Positions 1 through 11,283 of a stretch of DNA of 64,000 bases are shown piece by piece; position 1 is the stretch's first letter; the number at the start of each line of letters is the position of its first letter. The notes under the pieces were generated by a model. That model ran no database searches. It was not told the DNA's origin and was given only the letters and a program-made list of their open reading frames with translations. This DNA is from Octopus sinensis (lineage: Eukaryota): positions 28,644,001-28,708,000 of the forward strand of contig NC_043007.1 of NCBI RefSeq assembly GCF_006345805.1, read 5' to 3'. Position numbers and translations under genes: made by a program.

Positions 1-74
1 CATGACTGAAAGCCTGTGGAGGGCAAGTGGCAGGAACAGTAGCCAAATATTTTCATGTAATACAACACAGACAT

Positions 75-1400
75 TCAAGTGGATAGGGTTTTTCTAAGGA
101 TGTGGGCAATACTTGCTAACACAATCTTTTGGATTTCTCTGAGATATGGCTCTCTTGGGATCTTATCTAGATGTTTCTGACATCCCTTTTTTCATCATAC
201 CTATGGTACCCACAATAACAGGAACAGTTCTTGCTTTAATATGCCACATCTTTTGTATTTCAATTTCCAGGTCCATTTACTTAATTTGTCAAATTCCTTT
301 ACATATTTTTATCAGTGGAACACTTACATCTATTAGCGTATAAATATTTTCTTCCCTATCTTTAATAATTATGTCTAGTCGATTAACCAGGATCATTCTG
401 TTGGTGTTAACTGGAAAATCCCAGAGGATAGTGACATTTCTACCTTCAATGATTGGCCCAGGATGATGTTCATACCAGTAAGCAGGAGTGCTGATTTTGT
501 CGTGTTTACATATTTTCCAATGTAAATACTGTCCTACCCTATCATGGGGATTTTTATATTTATTTGGTATCAGCACAGGACATCCTGAGATGAGATGGTC
601 TATTGTTTCATCAAATTGATCGCAGAATCTGTATTTAGGGTCAGAACCATTTTGAAGAACATTAGCCAGGTAGTTTTTGGTAAGCAAGCTTTGATTTTGT
701 GCCACCAATATGAAATCTTTAGTCTCTTCCTGAACTTCTTGGCCACTGATGGGCTGTTGCTTGGTCTACATCAACATTTCACCTTCAAAGTCCATATCCC
801 GTCCATGCAGACGCTTCTGGCTCCACTGCTCATCAGTTTCTTTCTGCCTGTTCTTTTTTGCATTCTGTTTGATCTGTTTTGCTTGTTTGGTTGCAGTGGT
901 TTCAGGTTCTCCGTCTAATTCAGGGTTAATGCCAAGTTCCCTTGTGAATTTCCAAGCTTCCTTGACAATAAAATGTGATTTTTTGCTGTTTTCATGTTTG
1001 CACACAAGCCGCCGCATCCAGTCACCTGTACTGAACAAGTACCTGTTCATTGCTATTGTAGAGGTCTTATAGCACAGTTCTACTTTTATTATTCCTCTTC
1101 CCCCATTACTTCTAGGTAGGTACAGACGGTCAGCGTCTGCTTTTGAGTGGTGCATGTTCTTAGATGTTAGTAGTTTTCTTGTCTTCCTATCCAGGCATTG
1201 GAACTCTGTAAGATTCCAGTTAATGATGTTAAAGTTATATTGGACTATTGCAAGTGCCAGGGTGTTAATGGCTTTGATGCGATTTTTGGAGCCGAGTTCA
1301 ATTTTTGGTATGAGCCTTACTCTCCTGTAATACTTGTTCCTCGCAGTCTTCTGAGAGGTTCATTCTTCATAGACTGCTGACAATGTCTGTAAAACCCACT
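75..1400 (-). mobile_element. 5'-truncated R4/Dong-like non-LTR retrotransposon (restriction-like endonuclease type), decayed
   Basis: Minus-strand peptides: HSKADADRLYLPRSNGGRGI, zinc-knuckle-like region FCDQFDETIDHLISGC, TILWDFPVNT...RLDIIIKD...LIDVSVP, and terminal EIQKIVLASIAHILRKTLST*. Confidence 0.8.
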
Positions 1401-2334
1401 TCCAATACAAACTTGGCTATGATAGTCAACTAAAATCTGCTACATGTATCTTTTACTTTTCCCTTAAAACATATTTTTTACAGGAAGAAAAGAAAGAAAA
1501 AACATTAAAAGTATAAAATATCAAATTATCAAGAAAAATTCCCTCATAACCACCTCACCAAGAAATAAAAAGTGGGGGTGGAATAAAGCAGCAGATGTGG
1601 GTGGGTAAGTGGGGTAAAGGGTTGTACACCCCAGACTAAATGGGTAAGTATCACTGCAGCAAACACCTCACCTCGTGGGGGGTCATTTCTCAAAATTGTC
1701 TTTGAAGTAAATATTTTAATGTTTCCTCAGAGAATACCAAGTTGTTGTTGACACTAAACAATGGTTTGTGGTTCACTTTACTCTTTCATTGTCTCCATAT
1801 CTTACCAACTTTCTTCTCGGACTAAATTAACTGAAAATACAATGAAGGAACATTTGTTTATACAACAGGCAGCTCTAAATAGCCCTGCCATCTGTCTATT
1901 ATTATTGCAATTCAATGGACATTCCATGTTAGAGTTTGTAAATATTCAACAAAACAAAAGTTTGCCCAAATACTTACAAATTTGAATATATTCAAATTTC
2001 TGTCAAGGCTTTAAAATAAAGCCTAACAGCCTGGAAGATTAGAAATGAAAGGATTTTATTTGCAATATTTTGAAATTCCGTATATTGTCAGAATGGCAGA
2101 ACTAACACTGTTTGTTTTTTTTCTAGTTAAAATTTTATACAAGGTAACATCTGTAGCTACAGACCATGATGATGATGATGATGTCATAGTTTCACCTGTT
2201 TTCAAGGTCAACACTTTGTCGTTAATAAAATATATAAGAATGGGTTTATCTGTTGAATTATATTTAAATTAAATTAGAAAATAGAAAAGTGTCCACCACC
2301 ACCACCACCATCACAGTCAGCATGGTCACCAACC

Positions 2335-2545
2335 CTGTTATAATAATCCTTTCTATTAAAGGCACAAGGCCTGAAATTTTGTGAGAGGGGACTGGTTGAT
2401 TACGTTGACCCCAGTGTTTCACTGGGATTTAATTTATCAACTCCAAAATGATGAAAGGCAAAGTTGACCTCGGCAGGATTTGAACTCAGAATGTAAAGAT
2501 GGACAGAATGGCATCTAGCATTTCGCCTGGTGTGCTAACAGTTCT
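2335..2545 (-). mobile_element. SINE family with a TCATCCTTTC..GTCGAT..AAATAAGTACCAG core (possibly Meta-domain type); further copies near 12400-12610(+), 27750-27960(-), 58660-58830(+), 62290-62430(+) and 62740-62900(+)
   Basis: Recurrent shared sequence in both orientations, e.g. GAAAGGCAAAGTTGACCTCGGC..ATTTGAACTCAGAA at 2455-2495 and 27850-27895. The superfamily assignment is an inference. Confidence 0.7.
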
Positions 2546-3142
2546 CATAGTGCTTATTTTTAGCCTCTGCCTTCATAAGTGGCCGTTTCTTCTACCATCA
2601 CATCTCATCTAAATTAGGGAACCAACAGTGGCTGCTCTTTATACTATCACATTTTCTCTAGGTTGGTGGGGCAACACAACAAATTATTTCCTTAATGATG
2701 GCTGCTCTGTAACCTGGCATGGTTTTGAATGTTGTGTTTGAGGGCATTGATAGCAGTTTTTCTAAGTAAGCTCAGGTCAAACCTCTGCATCATATAGAGT
2801 CAGATAAATGACTAAGGATGACCCACAGACCCAGATATGCCACGCCTGCATCTGGTTGAGGACCAAATTGTATATTATTAGATGCAAGAGCTAATTGTAT
2901 GTGGCACATGTCTGGGCAGATTGTATTCTCTCCACTTTCATCATCATCATCGTCGTCTGTCTGTTATTTCTAAGGAACCATGCATTTTCTTTTGAAAGGA
3001 CACAGTTGCTACTATAAGACCCTTACTATTGGCATCCATTAGTAAAGGATAAACATATAAATCTGACACGAACGCTTTCAACAGGTGATGCAATAGATTT
3101 GTTCACTTAGCAATGTGAAAAACTCAGCCATAACAGCATATA

Positions 3143-3535
3143 GGCGTAGGAGTGGCTGTGTGGTAAGTAGCTTGTTTACGAACCACATGGTTCCGGGTTC
3201 AGTCCCACTGCGTGGCACCTTGGGCAAGTTGTCTTCTACTATAGCCTCAGGTTGACCAAAGCCTTGTAAGTGGATTTGGTAGACGGAAACTGAAAGAAGC
3301 CCGTTGTATATATATATGTATGTGTATATGTTTGTGTGTCTGTGTCTGTCCCCCCAGCATCGCTTGACAACCGATGCTGGTGTGTTTACATCACCGTAAC
3401 TTAGCGGTTCGGCAAAAGAGACCGATGGAATAAGTACTAGGCTTACAAAGAATAAGTCCTGGGGTTGATTTGCTTGACTAAAGGTGGTGCTCCAGCATGG
3501 CCACAGTCAAATGACTGAAACAAGCAAATGAGTAA
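3143..3535 (+). mobile_element. tRNA-derived CORE-type SINE, near full length; other copies at 7625-7800(-) and 53697-53997(-)
   Basis: A-box TGGCTGTGTGG, B-box-like GGTTCAGTCCC, CORE-like CACCTTGGGCAAG, internal TA/TG tract. The same sequence recurs inverted at 53697-53997. Confidence 0.8.
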
Positions 3536-3914
3536 CAGCAGTTTAAGGTTGTCAAGGACTTAACTACTGACCCAAGGATCTCTAGTTCAAGTATGATTAC
3601 AAGTACTATATATTGTATCCATAAGTGGGACATTTTGCTATTTCTAAGGTTGACTTAGTTTGTTACCCTTTTCTCAGTTTATTGTTTCAAGTTTGAGTAG
3701 TTGAGACCAGGAAGGGCTTCTGACAGTGAAATATTTGCTTGAAGACTTCATATGTTATAATCCTTAAGTATGAAAATCATTCTCTCGCGTTACTTTGGAA
3801 AAATAAATTTAAAAACATCAAAGATTTTCTTTTGATTTTCACTCTTTTGTTGAAATATTTTGTTTTCTCTTGTTTTTTTTTTGTTTTGTTTTTCTCTAGA
3901 ACACGCAGTGAATC

Positions 3915-4046
3915 ATGTATGAATTTTGGTTGATCTCAGCACCAGGGGACAAGACTTGTGCGCAGACATGGGAGAGTTTGAACAATCTAACAGCAAGACA
4001 GAACAACCTCTCTACAAACTATAAATTCCAAATTCCTGATTTAAAA
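3915..4046 (+). CDS. ATP6V1C1: V-ATPase C coding exon 1 (exon begins at 3900 after an acceptor, so an upstream UTR exon is expected)
   Basis: [44 protein letters not shown]. Polypyrimidine tract and AG at 3898-3899; donor GTAAGT at 4047. Confidence 0.96.
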
Positions 4047-7000
4047 GTAAGTCCTAAAGATTACAACAGTGAAGTTTGTTGGCATGTGGGGTGATGTGGA
4101 TGAGAAGGGATGTTTGCGACGAGTTGGGACTGTTGCATTTTACAACAGAAAAGAGATACATGAGGAGGTATTGGTACAAACCTATCCAACCTCCACTTAC
4201 GGCGATGGTGGCAGCAACAGTGGTACCCCAGCTTCTGATGTTGCCTTCTGTCACAGGTACAAGGCCAAAAACTGTAAACAGAAATTGGTGATTAAATTTA
4301 CCCCATTGCACAACTGGTACTTATTTTATCAACTCTGAAGAAGTAAAAAGCACAAGATTTGAACTTTAATGTAAATGTGTGTGAGTAAATTGTTGAAGGT
4401 CTTTAAAGCAGTGTGTTTGAATAGTTTCAGTGTTTCCGATTTGAGAAATGATCAGACTGGAATTAGATATTGTAATTAGTTAAAACAGTATGGGTTTACT
4501 GAAAGAGAGAATGTTTGGCTTTTTATTAGGTTTCATCTTGGGAGATATAACTTTCACCATTGCTTGCTGTCACTGTAAAAAATAGATTATTGTAGAGAAT
4601 GTTTATAAAAATATTCATAAATAATTAAATGAGAAAGGGGTGGTGGTTACATATTTAAATAATTAAACATTAGCTTTGAATATTTATGATGTTTACAACA
4701 CCAGAAATAACTTATATCACCACCCACCCACCCCCCAGTATTGAATCCTATATTGAAAAAATGGAAATGCTCAAGCGCACAAGGGCATCTGGCTGTCCAA
4801 CAGTACCTCAGTAACATCTATTCATCTAAAGCATATCAGCATAGAAAAACCGATGCAAAACCTAAATGAAACAAGGCCAAGTGTGTAGTCCAGTATTTAA
4901 TAGTTCGAATAACAAGTTTCTCTTTAACAAGCCATAGTCATTACATGAGCAGGAATAGAGCAGGCCTTTGTCATATTTCTGACAATGACAAAACTGTGAC
5001 AGCATTGTGCGGTCATGGAGATGTTGCAATGTCCTGGGGGTTGTGGGAGGGCGTCTCAGATGAAGTGATTCACTAACTTCAGGTTAGAAAATGGACAAAG
5101 TAACAGACTTCCGGGGACGGGGGGGGGGGGTTTGAAGTATTACAGAAGGAGTTTGGAAAGCAGTGGTGGGGGGTAAAGTTAGGGCTGAATGCACTGACTA
5201 TGGCCATTGTAGTAGTGATATAATAGAGAGTGAGAGGAGAAAGAGAAAGGGTTTGTATGGACCCTTCATATATGTATAGTAGATGATGATGGAAATATTG
5301 TCTTTCTTCTAGGTTGGCACCTTAGATGTGTTGGTGGGACTCTCTGATGATCTTGGCAAACTGGATGACTATGTGGAGAGGTGAGTTCTTCCTCTTTAAA
5401 TACAACTTCATGTTACCTGTCTCATTCTTGCTCTCACTCACACACACATACACAATTTAGTCTTGATAAACAAATTCTCCAGACTTAATTATACACGAGA
5501 TATTGACAGCATCCTCATCATCATTATCCATCCGTTTTTCATGCTTGTTGCATGAGTTGAACAGATTTTCTCCTACACTTGTATCTCTTTATCATCTCTT
5601 TTATGAGGTTCAACATCCTGAGATTAGCCTTCACCACTTTTGTCCATGTCTTTCTTTAGTCTTCCTCCCAACTCTTGTATACTCATCTGTTATCCTTCAT
5701 ACACATGTTTATACTAGCTGTGTTATCTCTCTTTTAAACACAACAACAAATTCCTCTTATTCCCAGTTTTTCTCTCAACCCTTCTATGCACATAGAATGA
5801 GAATTTATCATTTTTGGAAGTTTCCCTGAGATGTTTAAAATGCATATTTTCCAGTTCTCTAAACTCAAGAGATTACAAAGCAAAAAACCTGAGTTTCAAA
5901 TACTGTACGGGTCAATGTCAGCCAATTTAATGAAATTTATGTTTTTTTCTCTTTTTTTTTTGAGTATCATAGGTTTAAACATATTTTCTTTCACAAAAGA
6001 GATTTTGAACTTATTTAGAAGCCTTTTTTATTGTCTTTCAATCATGCTACAGACCAGAGTGCATAGGCCAACAAAAATTTGAAAAATTTGAGAAAATAGG
6101 GGATGCATGAAAAATATCCAAATTTTTTGTAACACCCTCAAACTTGATAATTTTTTTTTAATGACAAATTTTGACATATTAGGGGCTAACATATTTGACA
6201 TCCTCAACATTTTATGTAAACTGTAGAAAAAAATCAGTTGAAAGGGGTTAAAAGGCCACATAGAAAGTATAATTCCAAATTGGGTACCAAACATCAAAAC
6301 CGACCAAAATTGGGTAAAATTGGTAATTATTGACCAAACATAAAATGGACTCAAAAACTAATAACTTTCTTGAAATAATTGATCTTAAATGCACTTTTTT
6401 TGTATTTAGCCTATTTTATGGGGTAAAAATCTGATTAGGCAGGTCAGGCTCTGGCTTGGTGGATTTTTGCCTTGCTTAAACCAAAATTTAAGAAGGGCCA
6501 GAACACAAGATAACAAAAAAAAAAATATTCCCAACAAATCCCTGGATTAAAACTTTACCATAGTCTACCCCCCCTCCTCCATGATTCACAAAGAAAATCC
6601 GAAAACTGATCACTTTTTATTCACAACAAATATTGAAACAACAATGTCAAACAATAAATATGCGTAAGATGGGCCCAGTCAGTAATATAGTGATTCGATT
6701 CTTGATTGTTCTTATGTTTTGAAGAACGGGCTGTGACCAACTTCACCACAAACAGAACTACTTGAGCTGGGATATTTCAAAGCAATTGCTGGATGCGACA
6801 TGATGGACATTCTTCTGAAGATGTCATGGATGTTATCCTTGCTTGAAAGCTGGCGAGATCTTGCAGATAATCATTTTTAGCCACAATACCAAAAAGGCAA
6901 TTTTGGTCGATATTCCCTGATTTGGTTATTTGAACCCAGACCCCCATAAACAAAGAAAAAACAAATAATTTTGGTTCTAGCTGATAGCCCTTAAAATTGT

Positions 7001-10000
7001 GGTTCAAATGAGCCCTCAACCACTATCAGGTGATAATTTTAACCAAAGATATCCATTTTTTTCCCTGAATATGCCAAGTACTATGCCTGCTTCATTTCTT
7101 TCTAACCTCTGCACATCTTCTATGGCCAGAGACAATAGTTCTCTTAGCCTTTCCCACCCTGTTCTAATTCTTGCTATTAATGCTTTAACAACACCCTTCC
7201 CCTCCAACCCTGATTAGCTTACCTGTATATCAGAATCTACCAACTACTTCCATGGAACCTTCTGAGCATTTTACTCTGACTTCTAGCTCACTCCTGTACA
7301 TCCGCAACATGTAAAATTCTTTATTCACTTTAAACCTGCTTCTGATACGACTGCATCTGTTAGGCACCCATAGATTACGTTGACTATCTTGGATGAAATG
7401 CCTGATGACTCCATTGGTCTTTGCTAAGTTTATTTTGAGACCTCTGGGTTCCATATTTGGATTTTCTCCTCTCCTGTAAGGACCAGGTCATCAATATATA
7501 GGAGTTTCTACAGGTAACCAATCTTAAACTCCTTAGTTATAAGGAGGAATGGAAATGAACATCACAGCGATGCTTGTTTACAACACATGATGTCAAGACA
7601 AGGGTCACACACACACACACACACACACACACTTATGATGGACTTTGTGCAGTTTCCATCAACTGCCAAATCTATTCACAAGACTTTGATTGACTCAGAG
7701 CTATAATGGAAGACATTTGTTCAAGGTGCCATGCAGTGAGATTGAACCTGAGACCACATGGTTGGGGTGCAGGTTTCTTAACCACATAGCTTGTGCCTTT
7801 GATCAATATAAACTGAAGTTGTTTATAGCAGGGAGGCTAGGGTGTTGTTGCTTTTGAAAGGGATCTTGTATGTGGTTGTTTCTACATGTGGCATCCAGCT
7901 GTAGAAACCATACCGAATCAGATTGGAGTCTGGTGCAGCTCTCACCTTGCCAGCATGGTGAGAGCTGATGTTAAATGATGATGATGATGATGATCTACTA
8001 AAATATGTTCTTCTTTCTATCAAACAAAATGACTGATTTAAGAAAACCATTTTTTAATGTGAACTTAAAGAATGTCTAACCCTTTAGTATTAGCATTTTT
8101 CGAAGAAATATTTTTTTATTCACATTGTTTTGAATTAACCATGAATTATCTTGTAGCTATGAGATTTTGATAAGGTAACTAGAATGAAGTTGTAGGATTG
8201 GTGTGAGAAGCCAGATCTGGCCAATTTGAACATAAAACAGCAGGAATATTTTGGCTGGATGTGGCCAGTTTAAATGCTAAAGGTTTAAACATCTCGGTTG
8301 ATATATCTCCTGAAATATTGCCATATTAAAGCATTGTTGATGATTAACAACATTAAACAACAACAAATAAGATTTAAATTTTGGTTGCCAGCATCATCAC
8401 CATCATCATCATCATCATCGTTTAATGTCCATTTTCCATGCTGGCATGGGTTGGATGGTTTGAGTGAGGTCTGGAGAATCCGCAGCTGCACCAGGCTCCA
8501 GTTTCATTTGTCAATGTTTCTACAGCTGGATGTCCTTCCTAATGCCAACCACTCTGAGAGTGTAGTGGGTGCATTTTACGTGCCACCAGCATGGGTCATT
8601 TTGAAATTCCAGAAACTGTTCTGTCAGCCAACCACTGAAAGTAAAATACTTAGGGACACATTATATTGTCTTGTGATTATTGCAGGGTAACACGAAAATT
8701 GGCCCATTACCTTGGTGAGGTCCTGGAAAATCAAAGAGAAAACCTCCGTGAGAACCTCAAAGCCGGTGGAGGTAAGACCCAAACCCAAATATATATTATT
8801 CTGCACTTATATGACATTAATTACTGATTCATTTTAAATTTTAATATAAATGACCTAATTAAAATAATTTTTTCATTTATTATTTTTTTATGTTGATAAT
8901 CTGTGTCTTGATTATTTTTATGTTTACTCCAAAATATTTAGAATTTGACATTTTTCTCTCTTTCTCCAGTAAAAATCATCATCACCGTTAATGGTAATAT
9001 TTATTTTTGAGAAATGTTTCCATGTTAATCTAAATAAGAAAAGTGATTTGTATTTTTGACCAATTTTTGCTTCCTGAATCATATTTGATTGACCAAGTCA
9101 TTTCTCATGCTGGAAACTTTGAAACCTGCTTTTCCTGTTGGTTTATATCTTTCTAATTAATTTACCAATTAATCCCACATCTTTCTCATTGAGATAGTTG
9201 ACACTTCTTATTTAAAATATCTTCTTTTACGGAATGTAGCCTTTGTGGATCCAAAGACCCAGTTTTTGTAACATCAACTGCATATTTACAGAGCTAAACA
9301 ACTTAGCAACAGATAAACTTCATCATCATCACTATCATTATCAAAATGTATTTAGAAATCTTGTTGTGTCTTGGGAGGTTCAGCTCAGTGGTTAGATCAT
9401 CGGACTCACAATCATGAGGTAGTGAGTTCGATTCCTGGACTGGACTGTGTGTTGTGCTCTTGAGCAAGACACTTTATTTCACGTTGCTCCAGTTCCACTC
9501 AGCTGTAGAAATGAGTTGCAACATCACTAGTGTTAAGCTGTATCGGCCCCTTTGCCTTTCCCTTGGATAATATCAGTGGCATGGAGAGAGGGGGCTGGTA
9601 TGCATGGCTGACTGTTGGTCTTCCATAAACAACCTTGCTCTGACTTGTGCCTAGGAGGGGAACTTCCTAGGTGCAATCCCATGGTCATTCATGACTGGAT
9701 GGGGTCTTTTTCCTTTATGCCAATAATGATAAACATATACACTGGTTCAGTATCGCTTCTTTCTTGTTATTCAGTTGGTTAAATATCTAATCATTTATTT
9801 TAAAATAGATTTTAAGATCTTCAATAAATACAAAAAAATATGATTTTCTTTAAAACGATGTTTTAATGTTTTAACAATGTTAATGATTCATTAAAACCAT
9901 TTTTGATATTCTGTAACGAAGGAGGGAAGGAGTCGGATAGATTCTGTTATTAACGATATTATTTAATTATATGCTATCTGTCTCAACTGCCGTATACAAT

Positions 10001-11148
10001 ATTGTTTAATTATATACTGTCTTTACTGTTATATACTATATTATTTAACTATATATTATGTGTCTTTACTATTGTATAGTGTCAAACTAGTACCATTTGA
10101 TCTATTTACAGTTGACCTTGTTACTTACCTGTCACGGTTCCAGTGGGATCTTGCTAAATATCCAATCAAGCAGTCATTACGTAACATTGCTGAAATCATC
10201 TCAAAGGTAATTCATTCTTATCTCCAATTACAATTAATCAAACATAGTTTCCATTTCCTCTACAAATGCCATTTTAGAGAAACATATTGAAACAGCTTGC
10301 TCCCTCCCCTTTTCTATGTATTATAAAGAAGCTTGTATCTCTTGCTAACCATCCGAGACTACCAACAGTTTTGCTCTGCTATAATCTTCTACAAAAATAT
10401 CTTTACTTTTCCTCCATGTTGAAGTTGGACAGTTTGACAAGGATCTGATAGGTCCAAGGACTGCATCATGCTTCAGTGTCTGCCTTGGCATGATTCCTAC
10501 TTTGGCCAAGATGCCCTTCCTAATACCAACCCCTTCATAGTGTGTACAGGATTCTTTTTTCATACCACCAGCACTATTGAGGTCTCTCAGCAGCTTGCAA
10601 GTCTACAAAATGCAAGAAACAGGGTTGGGGTGTCTTTCTGTCAGAAAGTAGGTTCAGGTATGAGAGAAAAGGTTGGGTATGGTTGGTTTTTGTGGAGGAG
10701 CTGCCTGGTTACTCACATTTAGGGGAGAGAGAGTAAGAATGGATTGGCGGTCTCTCCAAAGAGATACATAATGGTGATGAGGTGTCAAAGTGGCACTTCA
10801 AGCTATGAGATGTAGTAGTGGGTGGGTGTTATATATTCAAATATATTGTGTGTATGTGTGTGTGTGTATATACATATGTCATCATCATCATCGTTTAACG
10901 TCCGTTTTCTGTGCTAGCACGGGTTCAACGGTTCAACTGGGGTCTGGGAAGCCAGGAGGCTGCACCAGGCTCCAGTCTGATCTGGCAGTGTTTCTACCGC
11001 TGGATGCCCTTCCTAACGCCAACCACTCCGTGAGTGTAGTGGGTGCTTTTTATGTGCCAGGGGAGGCTGGCAGCAGCCACAATCGGTTGGTGCTTTTTAC
11101 GTGCCACCGGCACAGATATGTATGTACATGTGTATATATATGTGTGTT

Positions 11149-11196
<48 letters not shown>

Positions 11197-11231
11197 ATAT
11201 ATGTATATATATGTATGTATGTGTATGCATG

Positions 11232-11283
<52 letters not shown>

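Noticed and set aside
4069-4338. 89-aa ORF in V-ATPase intron 1 as an alternative exon or small gene
   Set aside because: No flanking splice sites fit. The weak MWG...D.A.CH pattern is better explained as a decayed Tc1 fragment, itself too weak to call.
5830-6600. AT-rich segment resembling a non-autonomous DNA transposon
   Set aside because: I could not find TIRs, a TSD or a second copy.
3143-9440. tRNA-like sequences at 3143 and 9373 as tRNA genes
   Set aside because: They have A/B boxes but no complete cloverleaf, and they continue into SINE bodies.
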